DNA of 64,000 bases from Phoronis australis (taxonomy: Eukaryota > Animalia > Phoronida), in assembly GCA_002633005.1 (NCBI GenBank), contig NMRA01000766.1, positions 62,001-126,000 of the forward strand, given 5' to 3'. Of the stretch, positions 27,501-39,500 are shown one piece after another (position 1 is the stretch's first letter; every line of letters starts with the position of its first letter). The position numbers and the translations under genes were made by a program. The notes below the pieces were generated by a model, which did no database searches, had not been told where the DNA came from, and saw only the letters and a list, made by a program, of their open reading frames with translations.

Positions 27501-30500
27501 TTAATCATTGTCTTTTATTGCATATAAAAATGGTTTTCATCCTCATACAATTATTCTGGAGCAAAGTAAAACTTGTATAAAGATAACCAACCTTTTTAAT
27601 GAATCAATTTCTAGGTAAATGCGATGCCCCACCATCCATTTCACATGGTTCAGTGTCGGCCAGTGAACCATATGTAACAGGATCTACTGCCACATACTCA
27701 TGTGATTATGGGTTCAAACTTGTTGGTTCAAGTACTGTCACATGTCAGAACACAGGAGAGTGGAGTCCAGCGCCACCTACATGCAAAGGTAAACATTGAC
27801 AAGAATAAAGTCTTGCTGGTTTTGTCAAACATTTTCAGTGTTTTTGTGTGTTTGACTTTTGATAGTGTTATATAGAGAGTAACCTTTCTACATTAACATT
27901 GGTGCGCTTAACATTTATCTATTCTTTGTCTTAAGCCAAGTGTAGTGACCCCAGCCCTATCCCCCATGGATCTGTGTCTTCAACTGGCCCCTATGTTGCT
28001 GGGGACAAGGCCACATTTGTCTGCCAGTCTGGTTATCATCTGATTGGTGACGACACCATAACTTGTAAGAATGATGGAACATGGACACCCACCCAGGCTG
28101 TGTGTAAAGGTAAAAATATAACTAGAGCTTTTCTGTATACTGCAGGATGTGAAAGTTCTTGAAATGAGAGATGTGCAATAATTTTAAAGGATTGATGCGA
28201 ACTGGCTCTTTTCATCTCTAGTCGTGACTAGATCGGAATCAATTCATCAAGAACATTTTGTTTGTAGATTGGCTTAGTTGTATTATATGTGTCATTGGCT
28301 TTGTGGCTTAAATCATAATGTTTTTGATTGCTGTTAATCAATTAACTACTTTCGGTCACATACATTTATTCTGAAGCAAAGGAAAAGCTGTATATTAAGA
28401 TAACCAACCTTTTTTATGAATAAATTTCTAGGTAAATGCGATGCCCCACCATCCATTTCACATGGTTCAGTGTCGGCCAGTGAACCATATGTAACAGGAT
28501 CTACTGCTACATACTCATGTGATTATGGCTTCAAACTTGTTGGTTCAAGTACCGTCACATGTCAGAACACAGGAGAGTGGAGCCCAGCGCCACCTACGTG
28601 CAAAGGTAACCATCAATAAATATTAAGAGAATCTTCATGGTTTTGTCAAATTTGATCAATTTTTTTTAACCTTTGAGAGTGTTACTCTAAAGTTCTCTTG
28701 TGAAAAGGTTATTACTAGCGGTACTTATTGTGATTTGATCGTTTGCATTCCAGAAATTTGTTATAATTCTGGCCACATTCCTCTTTGATTATTTCTCGAT
28801 ACTCATCTGCTTGGTTGTTGTATGTATTTTATACCATCGAACTCCCTAATCAATATGCTAAAATGATAACCAGTCAAATAAATTCCGTAAAGAAAGTAGA
28901 CCTACTTAATGGGAATGTTTTATAATCGTGTTCATACACAAAACTGCTGAGTCCATTGTGGTTCGTTGATATCTTATATAGAGAGTAACATTAATGCTGT
29001 GTTTAACTGCTACTGTGACATTTCTCTGCTGAGCAGTTCCCTCTAAATGGTATTTCTGTATTCTTTCAGCTAAGTGCAATGACCCCAGCCCTATCCCCTA
29101 TGGATCTGTGTCTTCAACTGGCCCCTACGTGGCTGGGGACAAGGCCACATTTGTGTGCCAGTCTGGTTATCACCTGATTGGTGACAACACCATAACTTGT
29201 AAGAATGATGGAACATGGACACCCACCCAGGCTGTGTGTAAAGGTAAACAACTTCAGGACTTTAGTATAATGTATGGGAATACTTTGTAAAATGAAAGAC
29301 GTCCAGTAATCCTAAAAGGTTATTTAGAGGCTAGTCGTTCCATCTCTAGTTGTGACTAATTATCTAGTCATGACTAAGAGCTGATACACTGTCCATCCAG
29401 TACATTCTGTTTTAGTAGATTGACTTAGCCTGCCTGTTGTTCAGACTTTGTACATTAAACCATTGTATTTTGTTTCTATCAATTAAAGAATGGCTTCCCA
29501 TCACATACATTTGTTGTGGAGCAAAATGAAAAGGTGTATAAGAAAACCATGACCCTTGTTGATTAATGTTATCAATTCTATTTATAGGTAAATGCGATGC
29601 CCCACCATCTATTTCACATGGTTCAGTGTCGGCCAGTGAACCATATGTAACAGGATCTACTGCCACATACTCATGTGATTATGGCTTCAAACTTGTTGGT
29701 TCAAGTACTGTCACATGTCAGAACACAGGAGAGTGGAGCCCAGCGCCACCTACATGCAAAGGTAACCATAGTAAAGAAGAAATTTCTCATGGTTTTGTCT
29801 AATGTTATCAAGCTTTTTTGACATTTGAGGGTGTTCTCTAAAGTTCTCTTGTCAAAGCGTTATGGTAGTTGTGAGTTGATTGTCAGCATTCCAGAGCTTT
29901 GCTATAATTCTGATCGCATTCCTCTTTGATTATTTCTCTAGAATCAACTGTTTGTTTCTTGTGTTTAAGGCCATCCAACCCGTTAACCAGTATGCTAAAA
30001 CTATTGTGTGTCAAACAAATTTTGTAAGAAAATTGACTTGATGGAGCTGTTTTATAATGATATTCATACCCGAAACTACTTCGTCTATTGTGGTTTGTTC
30101 ATTTGTGATATTGAGAGTAACATTGCTATTGCTATTGTAACATTGCTCCGCTGAGCATCCCTGTCAATGGCATTTTTCTATTCTTTGTCTTTAGCCAAGT
30201 GCAGTGACCCCAGCCCTATTCCCCATGGATCCGTGTCTTCAACTGGTCCCTATGTTGCTGGGGACAAGGCCACATTTGTCTGCCAGTCTGGCTATCATCT
30301 GATTGGTGACGACACCATAACTTGTAAGAATGATGGAACATGGACACCCACCCAGGCTGTGTGTAAAGGTAAAGATCTTCAGAACTGTTGTATAATGTAA
30401 TGTAGAATGGGAATACTTTGTAAAATGGAAGACACTCAGTAGTCCTAAAGGGTTAGTGGGAGACTGCTTCTTCCATCTTTAGTTGTGACTAATTATCTAG

Positions 30501-33500
30501 TCATGAGCAGAGCTGATACGTTCCCTCAAATACATTCTGTTAGTAGATTGACTTACCAGACTTCCTGTTATTCAGACATATTTTATTTCTGTCAGTCAAA
30601 GAATGGCTTCCCACCACATTCCTTTAATATGGAGCAAGAGGAAAGATGTATAAAAAACCAAGAACCATTTTAAATTATTCTATTTATAGGTAAATGCGAT
30701 GCCCCACCATCCATTTCACATGGTTCAGTGTCAGCCAGTGAACCATATGTAACAGGATCTACTGCCACATACTCATGTGATTATGGCTTCAAACTTGTTG
30801 GTTCAAGTACTGTCACATGTCAGAACACAGGAGAGTGGAGCCCAGCGCCACCTACGTGCAAAGGTAATCATTGTCAATAATAAATATAGTCGTCCTTGTT
30901 GTACCAAATGTTTTCAGGATTTTTTAGTTTGACATATTATTTAAGGGTGTTATCATAAAGTTCTCTTGTCAGCGTTATTACTGTACATCTGGTGATTTGG
31001 CCATTTCGATTGTCTTCGAACTTTGCTATAATTCTGATCCCTATAGCAATTAATTATTTCTGTAGAGTCAATTTTGTGAATTGTTGACTTGTGTGTCTTC
31101 TACCCAACCAACTCCTTACTCTGTACTCTAAAACCATAAAGAAAATTGATCTACTTAATGCTGTTCCTATAGTCATCATCATGCACAAAACATCTTGGTC
31201 TAATGTTGTTCATTGATATGTTGTAGAGAGCACAACATTGGTAGAGTAACAGCGCTCTTCTTAACATTTCTCTATTCTTTGTCTTTAGCCAAGTGCAGTG
31301 ACCCCACCCCTATCCCCTATGGATCCGTGTCTTCAACTGGCCCCTACGTGGCTGGGGACAAGGCCACATTTGTCTGCCAGTCTGGTTATCACCTGATTGG
31401 TGACGACACCATAACTTGTAAGAATGATGGAACATGGACACCTACCCAGGCTGTGTGTAAAGGTAAATAAGTTCATAGCTCTTGTACAATATCCTGTAGT
31501 TTAGAATACTTTGTGAAATGGGAGATGTCCTGTAATCTTGAAATGCGGGCCTCCATTTGGGGCACCCGCTTACTGTCTGCCTTGTCTGTAAATGATCTAT
31601 CTATAGTATGTTAATCGATCCCTGAAGTGACGTCCACCATGCATCTATATCTTCTTAAACCTGTTGTTCTCGTTTTTGTTCAATCTTCATTGTTATGCAG
31701 TGACATAATACACTGGAGAGAGTGTGGTCACTTAAACCAAGAACAAGAAGAGGCTAGTTGGAGACGACGCTGGCCATCTGTAGTTTTGATTACATCTGAA
31801 TCGATTCATTAAAAATATTCTTTTTGTGGAATGACTTGGTTGAATGTATAATTTCTGTCATTTGCTTTATGGTTTAAATCACAGTATTTCATTGCTGTCA
31901 ATCAATTCACCGCTCTCCATCACATACATTTATTCCAAAGCAAAGTAAAATGTTTATATTAAGATAACCAACCTTTTTCATGAATAAATTTCTAGGTAAA
32001 TGCGATGCCCCACCATCCATTTCACATGGTTCAGTGTCGGCCAGTGAACCATATGTAACAGGATCTACTGCAACATACTCATGTGATTATGGCTTCAAAC
32101 TTGTTGGTTCAAGTACTGTTACGTGTCAGAACACAGGACAGTGGAGCCCAGCTCCACCTATATGCAAAGGTAACCATAGTCAATAATAAAATTTTCATGG
32201 TTTGTAAAATGTTATCAAGCATTTCTTGACCTTTGAGGGTGTTGCTCTAAAGTTCTATTGTCGAAACGTTATTACTGTACTTCATATTATTTGATCGTCT
32301 GCATTCCATAACTTTGCTATAATTCTGACCTCATTCCTCTTTGTCCGAAACATCTTTATCTAACTGAATCGTCTCAAGTGATTATCTCTTACTCCAATGC
32401 CTCTAGAGACCAATGACCAACTTATTCTCCCACAAGTTCCTCTTTGATTGTTTCTCTCTAGAATCAAATGTTTGGTTGTTGTGTGTACTCTAGCCATCCA
32501 ACCCGTTATCCAATATGCTAAAACTGTAGTGTGTCAAATAAATTTTGTAAAGATAATCGACTTACTTAATGGGGCTTTTTTATAATAATATTCGCACCTG
32601 AAACTGCTTCATACATTGTGATTTTATTTGTTATATTGAGAGTAATATTGCTAATGTAACGTTTCTGCAACATTGTAATTCTGCTCAGCCGTGCCCTGTC
32701 AATGGCATTTTTCTATTCTTTGTCTTTAGCCAAGTGCAGTGACCCTAGCCCTATCCCCCATGGATCTGTGTCTTCAACTGGCCCCTACGTGGCTGGAGAC
32801 CAGGCCACATTTGTGTGCCAGTCTGGTTATCACCTGTTTGGTGACGACACCATAACTTGTAAGAATGATGGAACATGGACACCCACCCAGGCTGTGTGTA
32901 AAGGTAAATAACATTCAGGGCTTTAGTACAATGTGATGTAGAATGGGAATACTTTGTAAAATGGAAGACACTCAGTAGTCCTAAAAGGTTAGTGGGAGAC
33001 TGCTTCTTCCATCTTTAGTTGTGACTAATTATCTGGTCATGAGCAGAGCTGATACGTTCCATCAAATACTTTCTGTTAGTAAATTGACTTACCAGACTTC
33101 CTGTTATTCAGACTTATTTTATTTCTGACAGTCAAAGAATGGCTTTCCACCACATACCTTTATTCTGGAGCAAAAGGAAAAGATGTATAAAAAAACATGA
33201 AACATTTTTAATTATTCTATTTCTAGTTAAATGTGGTACCCCACCATCTATTTCACATGGTTCAGTGTCGGCCAGTGAACCATATGTAACAGGATCTACT
33301 GCCACATACTCATGTGATTATGGCTTCAAACTTGTTGGCTCAAGTACTGTCACATGTCAGAACACAGGAGAGTGGAGCCCAGCGCCACCTATATGCAAAG
33401 GTATTTATAGGCAATAATAAATATAATCGTCCTTGTTGTATCAAATGTTTTCAAGCTTTTTTAGTTTAACATTTTATATTTGAGCATGTTATCGTAAAGT

Positions 33501-36500
33501 TCTCTTGTCAGCGTTATTACTGTACATCTGGGCCCGGTTGCATAAAACTTGCTATCCGGCGTATAAGGCCTTATACGCCGGATAAGTCCTTATCCGGCGT
33601 ATAACTTTTTATACGCCGGATAAGTTGGGTTGCATAAAAATCGTATAGAGTTATCCGCCGTATAACTCACACTATCTGCCGTATAAAGTTACCCGACCAT
33701 CAGACCTCGGATAACTCAATCAAAATGAATGCACTGTATAGATTTAGACCAAGGCTGAGGCAATTTGAAAGAGAAGTTACTGATCCCCTCAACAAGNTGG
33801 TGATTTGGCCAATTTGTCATGGAACTTTGTTATACCTCTGATCCCTTTCATTATTGATGAATTATTTCTGTAGAGTCAGTTTTGTGAATTTTTGACTTGT
33901 GTGTCTTCTACCCAACCAACTCCTTACTCTGTACTCTAAAACCATAAAGAAAATTGGTCTACTTAATGCTGTTCATTGCTTAGTCATCATCATGCACAAA
34001 ATATCTGGGTCTAATGTCGTTCATTGATATGTTATTATATTGAACGCAACATTGGTAGTGTAAAATTGCTCTGTTTAACATTTCTCTATTCTTTGTCTTT
34101 AGCCAAGTGCAGTGACCCCACCCCTATCCCCCATGGATCTGTGTCTTCAACTGGCCCCTACGTGGCTGGGGACAAGGCCACATTTGTGTGCCAGTCTGGT
34201 TATCACCTGATTGGTGACGACACCATAACTTGTAAGAATGATGGAACATGGACACCCACCCAGGCTGTGTGTAAAGGTAAATAACTTCAGAGCTTTAGTA
34301 CAATGTCATTTAATTCAGAATACTTTGAGAAATGGGAGATGCCCTGTAATCTTGAAGTGGGTGCCTCCATTTGGGGCACCCACTTACTGTCTGCCTTATC
34401 TGTAAACGATCTAGTTATAGTATGTTAACCGATCTCTGAAGTGGCGTCCACTATGTTATATCTTTTTAAACCTGTAATAGTTGTTCCCGTTTTTGTTGAT
34501 CTTCATTGTTGTGCACTGACATAATACTCTGGGGAGAGTGTGGTCACTTAAATCAAGAAGAAGAAGAAGAAAAAGAAGAGGATTATTGGAGACGGCTCCG
34601 GCCATCTGTAGTTTTGACCAGATCTGAATCAATTTGTCAAGAATATTCTGTTTGTAAAGTGACTTGGTTTAAAGTAATTTCTGTCATTGGCTTTATGACT
34701 TAAATCATTGTATTTTATTGCTGTCAATCAATGCACCACTTTCCATCACATACATTTATTCTGCAGCAAAGTAAAATGTGTATATTGAGGCGACCAACCT
34801 TTTTAACGAATCAATTTGTAGGTAAATGCGATGCCCCACCATCTATTTCACATGGTTCAGTGTCGGCCAGTGAACCATATGTAACAGGATCTACTGCCAC
34901 ATACTCATGTGATTATGGCTTCAAACTTGTTGGTTCAAGTACTGTCACATGTCAGAACACAGGAGAGTGGAGCCCAGCGCCACCTACATGCAAAGGTAAA
35001 CATTGTCAAGAATAAAGTCTTGCTGGTTTTGTCAAACATTTTCACTGTTTATGTGTGTTTGACTTTTGATAGTGTTATATAGAGAGTAACCTTTCTACAT
35101 TAACATTGCTGCGCTTAACATTTCTCTATTCTTTGTCTTTAGCCAAGTGCAGTGACCCCAGCCCTATCCCCTATGGATCTGTGTCTTCAACTGGCCCCTA
35201 CGTAGCTGGGGACAAGGCCACATTTGTCTGCCAGTCTGGTTATCACCTGATTGGTGACGACACCATAACTTGTAAAAATGATGGAACATGGACACCCACC
35301 CAGGCTGTGTGTAAAGGTAAAGATCTTCAGAACTGTTGTATAATGTAATGTAGAATGGGAATACTTTGTAAAATGGAAGACACTCAGTAGTCCTAAAGGG
35401 TTAGTGGGAGACTACTCCTTCCATATTTAGTTGTGACTAATTATCTTGTCATCGCAAGAGCTGATATGATCCATCAAGTACATTCCATTTTTCAATTAGT
35501 AGATTGACTTGCCTTTATAATTCCTTTAATGCAGACTTTGTAGTTTAAGTGATTCTATTTTGTTTATGGCAAACAAAGATTGGCATCCCACCACATACAT
35601 GTATCCTGGAGTCAAAGGAAAAGGTACATCAGAAAACCATGGACTTTGTAAATTATTCTAATTCTAGTCAAATGCGATGCTCCACAGTCTATTTCACATG
35701 GTTCAGTGTCGGCCAGTGAACCATATGTAACAGGATCTACTGCCACATACTCATGTGATTATGGCTTCAAACTTGTTGGTTCAAGTACTGTCACATGTCA
35801 GAACACAGGAGAGTGGAGCCCAGCGCCACCTACATGCAAAGGTAAAATTAGTAATTTCTTCATGGATTTGTCAAACGTTTTCAATTTTATTGTTTGTCAT
35901 TGGAGAGTTCCTTTTTGATTCTCTTGTCAGTTGAAACCATTATTCCATCTTGTGATGTTATCCATGTTCCTATATTCAGTATTATTCTGAGCCCATTTTT
36001 CAAATATTATTTCTGCAAAGTATCAACTTTGTGAACATTTATCTTTCTGTATGATCTGGGCTGTACTCTAGCCATTGAACCCCATCGTTATAAGAACCTC
36101 TCAGTTGATTTCAACTCCAGACAATAGTGGTTTCCAAACTGAAGCTAAATCCAGTTATATCTAGTTCATTTTTAAGCTCACTTGTCTTGTTGTCTTTTGT
36201 TTGTCTTCAGTAATCATGGGCCTGCTATCTATCACCAAATACTTACAATGTGTACTAGAGAACATTCCTGATCAACCGGCTTTTTGACAGTAGCGACTCT
36301 TATACAAATCTTCTGACAAAGTTCCTTGATACAGGTCCAGTTTCTAGTCAGCCCTTTCCGTATCGTAAAATGATGATCGTTCATTCTGTCAAAAAAATTG
36401 TCCTGCTGAAACTCCCTGTCATTGATTTAACCTTGTTTTCTTTTCAATTAGTTCCTTAGAAGCAATGTAAATGTTTATTTCTGCTCATGTTTGTAAGCTG

Positions 36501-39500
36501 TCTGCTCCAACCGCAATCTTTTCCTTTCAATTCATTAAGCCACGGACTCCTTTTTGTGTGTTTCAGCTATGTGCTCCAACCCCGATGCCATTCCACATGG
36601 TTCTGTGTCAACTAGTGGACCATACATAGCAGGTGATGTGGCCAAGTATGCGTGTGATAAGGACTACGTCCTGATTGGATCAGATACAATCACTTGTCAA
36701 GCCACTGGAGAATGGACTTCTACACTAGCCGTGTGTAAAGGTACAGCTTGTTGGAACTGAACTGTGTTGAGCGTACTGTGATGAAAATTCTCCAGTTTGG
36801 GACATTGAGTTTTGCTCAAGGTCGGACCTTGTATCATGTTTTGGAAATGAGCAATATTGGCGTGCCAAAATTCAAGAATTGTGATCTCCGACACATGATC
36901 ATTCCTCTTGATGTTACTCGCTATGGCAGCTCTTGAAAACGTTGCATTAGCAGCTAAGGCTCAACATTTTTATTTTTTGAGATTCTGTTGCTACAAAACG
37001 CAGTATCAAAATTTCTATGTCCAAATTTTGGAGATGGTCCAAACTGGAGAATTTTACCGTACTATAATGATTAACCAGCTCCTCTCCATACCATTCATAA
37101 TTTTTTTTGTTTGTAATTTCTTCGGTGGACCCATCAATTCTGAAAACTTGGGATTTCAATTTACTTACTATTCATGTTATAATTTCTCTTTAATAATTAT
37201 CACCTGTTTTGATTTCGCTAATCTGTGTTAGATGTGCACTGTATATTTTCTCGGCATAATAGCCTACTTTAGTTCAGGGGGTTGTGATGTTCCACCTCCT
37301 GAGATAATAGCGTGTTTGTTGTAGTTCCTGAAATCCCTAAGATTTCATCGTGATGGCATGCTGTGAACTTCCCTTTAACCGAGTTCAGGATTTGGGGGAA
37401 TAATTTGAATTTCTCCAATGGCACCTGATAAGTCCAACCGGGTTTTATCGCATTCCATTCTCACTAGAGGGTTCTTGGTCATATTATTTCTGCAGCCAAC
37501 TGTGGTACCCCACCCACGCTGCCGCATGGTTCCTTCACGGCCAGCCCACCGTATGTGGCTGGAGTTGTGGCTAAGTACGAGTGTGACGAAGGATACAACA
37601 TACACGGCTGGCCGAAGGTCAAATGTCAAGAGAACGGAGAGTGGACTAACCTTGAAGCCTCGTGCAAAGGTTGGTGCTTTTTACGTGATCTGTTGTTTAG
37701 GAATCAGCATACTTGAACAATAAACAGTCAAATGTTAAGTGTTGACTATTTTTGTTTCCATTGGCAACTGTAAACAAAGAATCAGGACTTCATGGTGATC
37801 AAAAGCAGAATTGCAACATTGTTACCAGTACCTCAAAATTTTACTTGAATTGTTGTCAGTGACTTTTTACTTAATTAGCACAAATAACTTCACCAAATTA
37901 ATCAGACAATATGAGTTGGAATGATGCAAATCTTTCCTGTTTGACACATCATTCAATTGTGATTTGCTTCATGGTGACTATACCCCTGTTAAACTCATTG
38001 TGATCCAGAGTCATACTGGACTCTTTTTATTACAGGAACCTGTGGTGATCCAACACCCATCGCCAACGGTGCTGTGTCCTCAACTGGCCCCTATGAAGAG
38101 GGAGACGAGGCCACATTTGTGTGCAACACAGGCTTTGAGTTAACTGGCTCCAACAAGATCACATGTCAGGGTCTTAACACCTGGTCACCAACACAAGCTG
38201 TTTGTACTGGTGAGTCATGGTGACATCTGTGGGCTATGTATTGAAGCTTGCCACAATGCTTCATTATGAATTATTACATGACCTCTGTTCCTTATGTCTT
38301 CTGATTGTCTGAAAGGCTGTGCAACAACTTTCGATATAGCGTAATATTGACCAACTTACTGTGAAATATCAGATTTCTTTCGTGCCTCCTGGATGTGAGA
38401 GGGTGTAGAACCGAGCAGATGATGTCGGTGCATCATCAAAGCTAGCAAGAACAAGTTTATCTGATTAAAACAAACAATTGGAGAAAATAAGCATCATTGG
38501 CTGTGTAGTAAAACGAAATATAGAGAGGTCCCTATCAAGTTATATGGACCTCTGGAAACAATTTGGCCTGCAGCCTCTTTTTTCACAAGTCTTGCTTTCT
38601 GTTGTCCCAACAACGCAAAAGCAGAAGAAAAACGTTTAAAGTTTCTTAGCTCCATGGACATGATTGCAACGTATGATCATACCCAGCACCAGTGTTTCAC
38701 GTCCGCCAACATGTTAGTTTCTCGTACAAACTTGTGCCATGTCCACACTTCTCTGATGTCCCGCGAGAAAGTTAAAAGAGCCTCAGCATTCTTAAGTATC
38801 GAGTTATCACAACTAACACAAACACAACACCTCGCCATGATTATACCATAAACCAGGGCAAAACAAGCAACAGTATTTGACGACTTTTCACGCTAAACAC
38901 AATGGAGGATGACTAGCTGTGATTGGTTGTCCTGATTCTACGTAGTGTGTTTTGACTTTATAAATACTCGTAACTCGAGATCAGATAGTGTTTGCGGGTG
39001 TTCTAATTTGATAGCTGATAGGCTGGTGGGGTTGTTTTTGTTTTGGTGTTTTTGATATGAAATTGGTGATTTTAAGCACTTTTTATCGTCCTAGTGCCAT
39101 GTTACTGTTCTGACCTTCATAAATCAATCTTTTTATTAGACATAAATGAATGCGCCAGCGCCCCGTGTCATAACTATGCGGATTGCACCAACGTTCCGGG
39201 ATCATTCAGATGCAAATGTAAGACGGGCTATGTTGGTGATGGCTTCACCTGTGAGCCAGGTAAGACGAGTATTAATAGTTTATTGTGCAACCTTTATTTG
39301 GGCGATTAATGCTAATGAGAAATTATCACGCATGGTAACGTGGAAAATGAATTTTAAAGATATGGGAAGATCTGTTTTATCAGAGTAGCAAAAAAGAGTA
39401 ACGTTTATTGTGCTGATCCTGACTGCGGTTTTTAACCAAGTTTAGTGCAGAGTTGAGATGGACATGAGGTGCTTTTAATAATTTTTAGGCCTAGCATGAA

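Noticed and set aside
33550-33625. Resemblance of CTTATCCGGC repeats to enterobacterial REP sequences
   Set aside because: Embedded in a transposon-like end inserted in an animal intron; better explained as subterminal repeats.
25020-35918. Array of independent small secreted Sushi genes (ORF track shows hydrophobic N-termini)
   Set aside because: The apparent signal peptides are translated polypyrimidine tracts; each unit has AG/GT borders and a uniform 174-nt exon length.
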